Below, one piece after another: positions 61,979 to 64,000 of a DNA stretch of 64,000 nucleotides; position 1 is the first letter of the stretch; each line of letters starts with the position of its first letter. Location of the stretch: contig JAZRXX010000033.1 in the NCBI GenBank assembly GCA_045600485.1, positions 2,474-66,473 on the forward strand, given 5' to 3'. The position numbers and the translations under genes were made by a program. The notes under the pieces are model-generated. The model was not told the origin of the DNA. It worked only from the letters and a program-made list of their open reading frames with translations, and made no database searches. Source of the DNA: Bacteroidales bacterium (lineage in GTDB: Bacteria; Bacteroidota; Bacteroidia; Bacteroidales; UBA3663).

Positions 61979-63493
61979 TTACACTCTCAACACGCCCTTC
62001 TGTAAGCCGAAGGCGCGCCAGCGATTGAGGGCAGAACTATGTTCTGTGACGCCATCGCCAGTGTTCTCCTCGTAATTCATCAGATAGTCGATGTAGGCAG
62101 CAATGATAGCCATATCCTCCGAGTCATTCTTGAAACCAGGACGAGGACGCAAGCGTTCCTGATTGACCTCGATGAACGAAGTATCGTAGTTACCCTCCTT
62201 GAATTGAGGCACATCGATAATGCGACGCAAATAGCGTATGTTGGTCACCAGACCAGCTACCTTGTATTCATAGAGAGCACGGCGCATACGCTCGATGGCA
62301 TACTGGCGACGTGTACTCCAGACGATAAGCTTGCCAATCATCGGATCATAATACATCGGAATCTCGTAGCCCTCATAAACGGCCGAATCGATACGGATAC
62401 CAGGACCATGTGGTTCGACCAAACGGGAGATAACGCCCGGAGCCGGACGGAAGTTGTTATCGGTATCTTCGGCACAGATACGGCACTCAATGGCATGACC
62501 TCGCTGATGGATATCCTCCTGCTTGATGGTCAGTTCATGTCCATCGGCAATCAAAATCTGCTGCTTGACCAGATCCAGTCCAATCACCTCTTCGGTAATA
62601 GGATGCTCCACCTGCAAACGGGTATTCATCTCGAGGAAATAGAAATTCCTGTACTTATCGACCAGGAACTCAATGGTACCGGCACCGACATAACCGACGG
62701 CCTTGGCAGCGGCAACGGCAGCAGCACCCATCTTCTCGCGTGTTTCGTTGTCAAGGAAGGGAGATGGAGACTCCTCGACCACCTTCTGATGGCGTCGCTG
62801 AACAGAACACTCTCGGTCATACAGGTGGACAACATTGCCATGCTTGTCGCCCATAATCTGGAACTCGATGTGGTGAGGACCTTCGACGAACTTCTCGATA
62901 TAGACAGTATCATCGCCGAAACCCGACAAAGCCTCGCTCTTGCAGGCATTGTAGGCTTCGACCACATCTTCGGCACGATGCACCAGACGCATACCCTTGC
63001 CACCACCTCCCATCGAGGCTTTGATCATGACTGGGAATCCGATGGCTTTGCAGACACCTACAGCCTCCTCGGCCGAGTTGAGCTGGTCCTGAGTACCAGG
63101 GACAACCGGAACTCCCGCAGCAATCATGTGACGACGGGCTTGGATCTTATCACCCATGTCAATCATCGTCTGTGGATTCGGCCCGATGAAGATAATCCCT
63201 TCAGCCTCACAACGACGGGCAAATTCGGCATTTTCGCTCAAGAAGCCATAGCCTGGATGGATAGCATCCACTTTATGCTTCTTAGCCACTTCAATAATCT
63301 TTTCGATGCATAGGTAACTCTCGTTGCTGGGAGCAGGACCAATGCACTCTGCTTCGTTAGCATAAAGGACATGACGGGAGGTTCGGTCTGCTTCGCTGAA
63401 TACAGCCACACTTCGTATGCCCATTTCATAACAAGCGCGCATGACGCGTATAGCAATTTCGCCACGATTGGCAATAAGGATTTTTCTGATCAT
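61979..63493 (-). CDS. accC: Biotin carboxylase (acetyl/propionyl-CoA carboxylase ATP-grasp subunit)
   Basis: MIRKILIANRGEIAIRVMRAC, GGGGKGMR, EMNTRLQVEHPITE. Confidence 0.92.
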   Translation of the reverse strand: MIRKILIANRGEIAIRVMRACYEMGIRSVAVFSEADRTSRHVLYANEAECIGPAPSNESYLCIEKIIEVAKKHKVDAIHPGYGFLSENAEFARRCEAEGIIFIGPNPQTMIDMGDKIQARRHMIAAGVPVVPGTQDQLNSAEEAVGVCKAIGFPVMIKASMGGGGKGMRLVHRAEDVVEAYNACKSEALSGFGDDTVYIEKFVEGPHHIEFQIMGDKHGNVVHLYDRECSVQRRHQKVVEESPSPFLDNETREKMGAAAVAAAKAVGYVGAGTIEFLVDKYRNFYFLEMNTRLQVEHPITEEVIGLDLVKQQILIADGHELTIKQEDIHQRGHAIECRICAEDTDNNFRPAPGVISRLVEPHGPGIRIDSAVYEGYEIPMYYDPMIGKLIVWSTRRQYAIERMRRALYEYKVAGLVTNIRYLRRIIDVPQFKEGNYDTSFIEVNQERLRPRPGFKNDSEDMAIIAAYIDYLMNYEENTGDGVTEHSSALNRWRAFGLQKGVLRV

Positions 63494-63544
63494 TGGAAAT
63501 AAAATATGATGATTTCAGATTAATACATTTGGATTTTAACATGG

Positions 63545-63552
63545 CAAAAGTA
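63545..63552 (-). promoter_or_regulatory. -7 promoter box (reverse complement TACTTTTG) for the carboxylase operon
   Basis: Exact TAnnTTTG on the minus strand, 52 nt upstream of the ATG at 63493. Confidence 0.4.
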
Positions 63553-63834
63553 GAGATTTTTTCGGAAACGACCAAATAAAACGTCAAATATGGAAAAGGT
63601 TTAAGTTTTTTTAACACGGGGCAGATATTGTACATTTTACTATAAGCAGAAGATTTTTAAGCAGGAATAATGTACAATAAGGATGTTTTCGATTGCGCAA
63701 CAGTTGGCTTGCAGAGCTTAACGAGAAGGGTTATTGTACAAAATACTATAACTTATTGTCATTGGTACAACATAAAACTATTATTTTCGTCACATTTTTC
63801 GGTCAAAAAGTTTGGAAGGAATGTGTTTATTATT

Positions 63835-63842
63835 TAACTTTG
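63835..63842 (+). promoter_or_regulatory. -7 promoter box TAACTTTG
   Basis: Exact TAnnTTTG, 27 nt upstream of the ATG at 63869. Confidence 0.4.
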
Positions 63843-63868
63843 CGCCGTCAAATAAAACAAATAACCTT

Positions 63869-64000
63869 ATGCAGACTGAAAACTCCAATATCAATTTCGA
63901 TCCGCATGTCTCGGTTGACTGCGTAATTCTCGGTTTCGATGGCGAATCTCTGAAGGTTCTCCTCTCACGTCAAGGTGACGAGGCTCCTAACAACCTCTAC
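63869..64000 (+). CDS. NUDIX-domain protein (possibly NrtR-like regulator), 5' part only; runs off the window end
   Basis: My own translation gives MQTENSNINFDPHVSVDCVILGFDGESLKVLLSRQGDEAPNNLY. The VDCVILGFDG...LKVLL pattern is the first beta-strand region of Nudix/NrtR-family proteins. Confidence 0.45.
   Translation, partial: MQTENSNINFDPHVSVDCVILGFDGESLKVLLSRQGDEAPNNLY

Noticed and set aside
1-64000. Search by eye for tRNA, rRNA, tmRNA, RNase P, riboswitch leaders, integrases, transposases and restriction-modification or known defence operons.
   Set aside because: I found none. T-loop-like GGTTCGAA motifs occur only inside coding regions (glnS, secA). Intergenic leaders are short and show no recognisable riboswitch cores. 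This is a visual scan, not a covariance-model search.

Overview
The window looks like a chromosomal segment from a Bacteroidales bacterium, Prevotella/Segatella-like. The taxon is inferred from several sequence features: TAnnTTTG -7 promoter boxes upstream of many genes, signal peptides cleaved before Gln, a T9SS-type C-terminal tail on a pectate lyase, and Bacteroidetes-typical DUF4254/DUF4290/DUF4105 genes. No database search was run.

Most of the window is tightly packed housekeeping DNA:
- a holA / hypoxanthine-DNA-glycosylase-like / AlkD-like / MGMT-like repair string
- ftsE and hisH-A-F-IE
- an LptD-like outer-membrane protein and topB
- DUF4254, a GT9 glycosyltransferase, a LytTR regulator and tdk
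- an ECF sigma factor
- pectin-related GH88/105, GH106-like and PL1 enzymes, and folC
- nadD, gmk, yicC, tsaB, glnS, dedA, tgt, secA and tig
- a PhoA-type phosphatase and an acyl-CoA carboxylase operon

I found no rRNA, tRNA, CRISPR array, integrase or transposase.

Two regions look accessory.

1. 24.6-26.1 kb is AT-rich. It holds two convergent, mutually homologous small transcription units, each with its own promoter box and terminator. It also holds an XRE-HTH gene followed by a small acidic gene.

2. 37.2-45.5 kb holds a five-gene lipid head-group operon (nucleotidyltransferase, ATP-grasp, CDP-alcohol phosphatidyltransferase, flippase-like membrane protein, atypical HAD). Two co-directional genes follow it. 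One encodes a secreted beta-sandwich + coiled-coil + TPR protein. The other encodes a cytoplasmic TIR domain, one TM helix and a periplasmic beta-sandwich domain. About 1 kb of nested repeats follows the TIR gene: a roughly 190 bp tandem repeat and a roughly 300 bp palindrome.

The TPR/TIR pair is my best candidate for an undescribed system. It resembles a Toll-like receptor split into a solenoid sensor and a TM-TIR effector. Several families of structured intergenic repeats are also scattered through the window.
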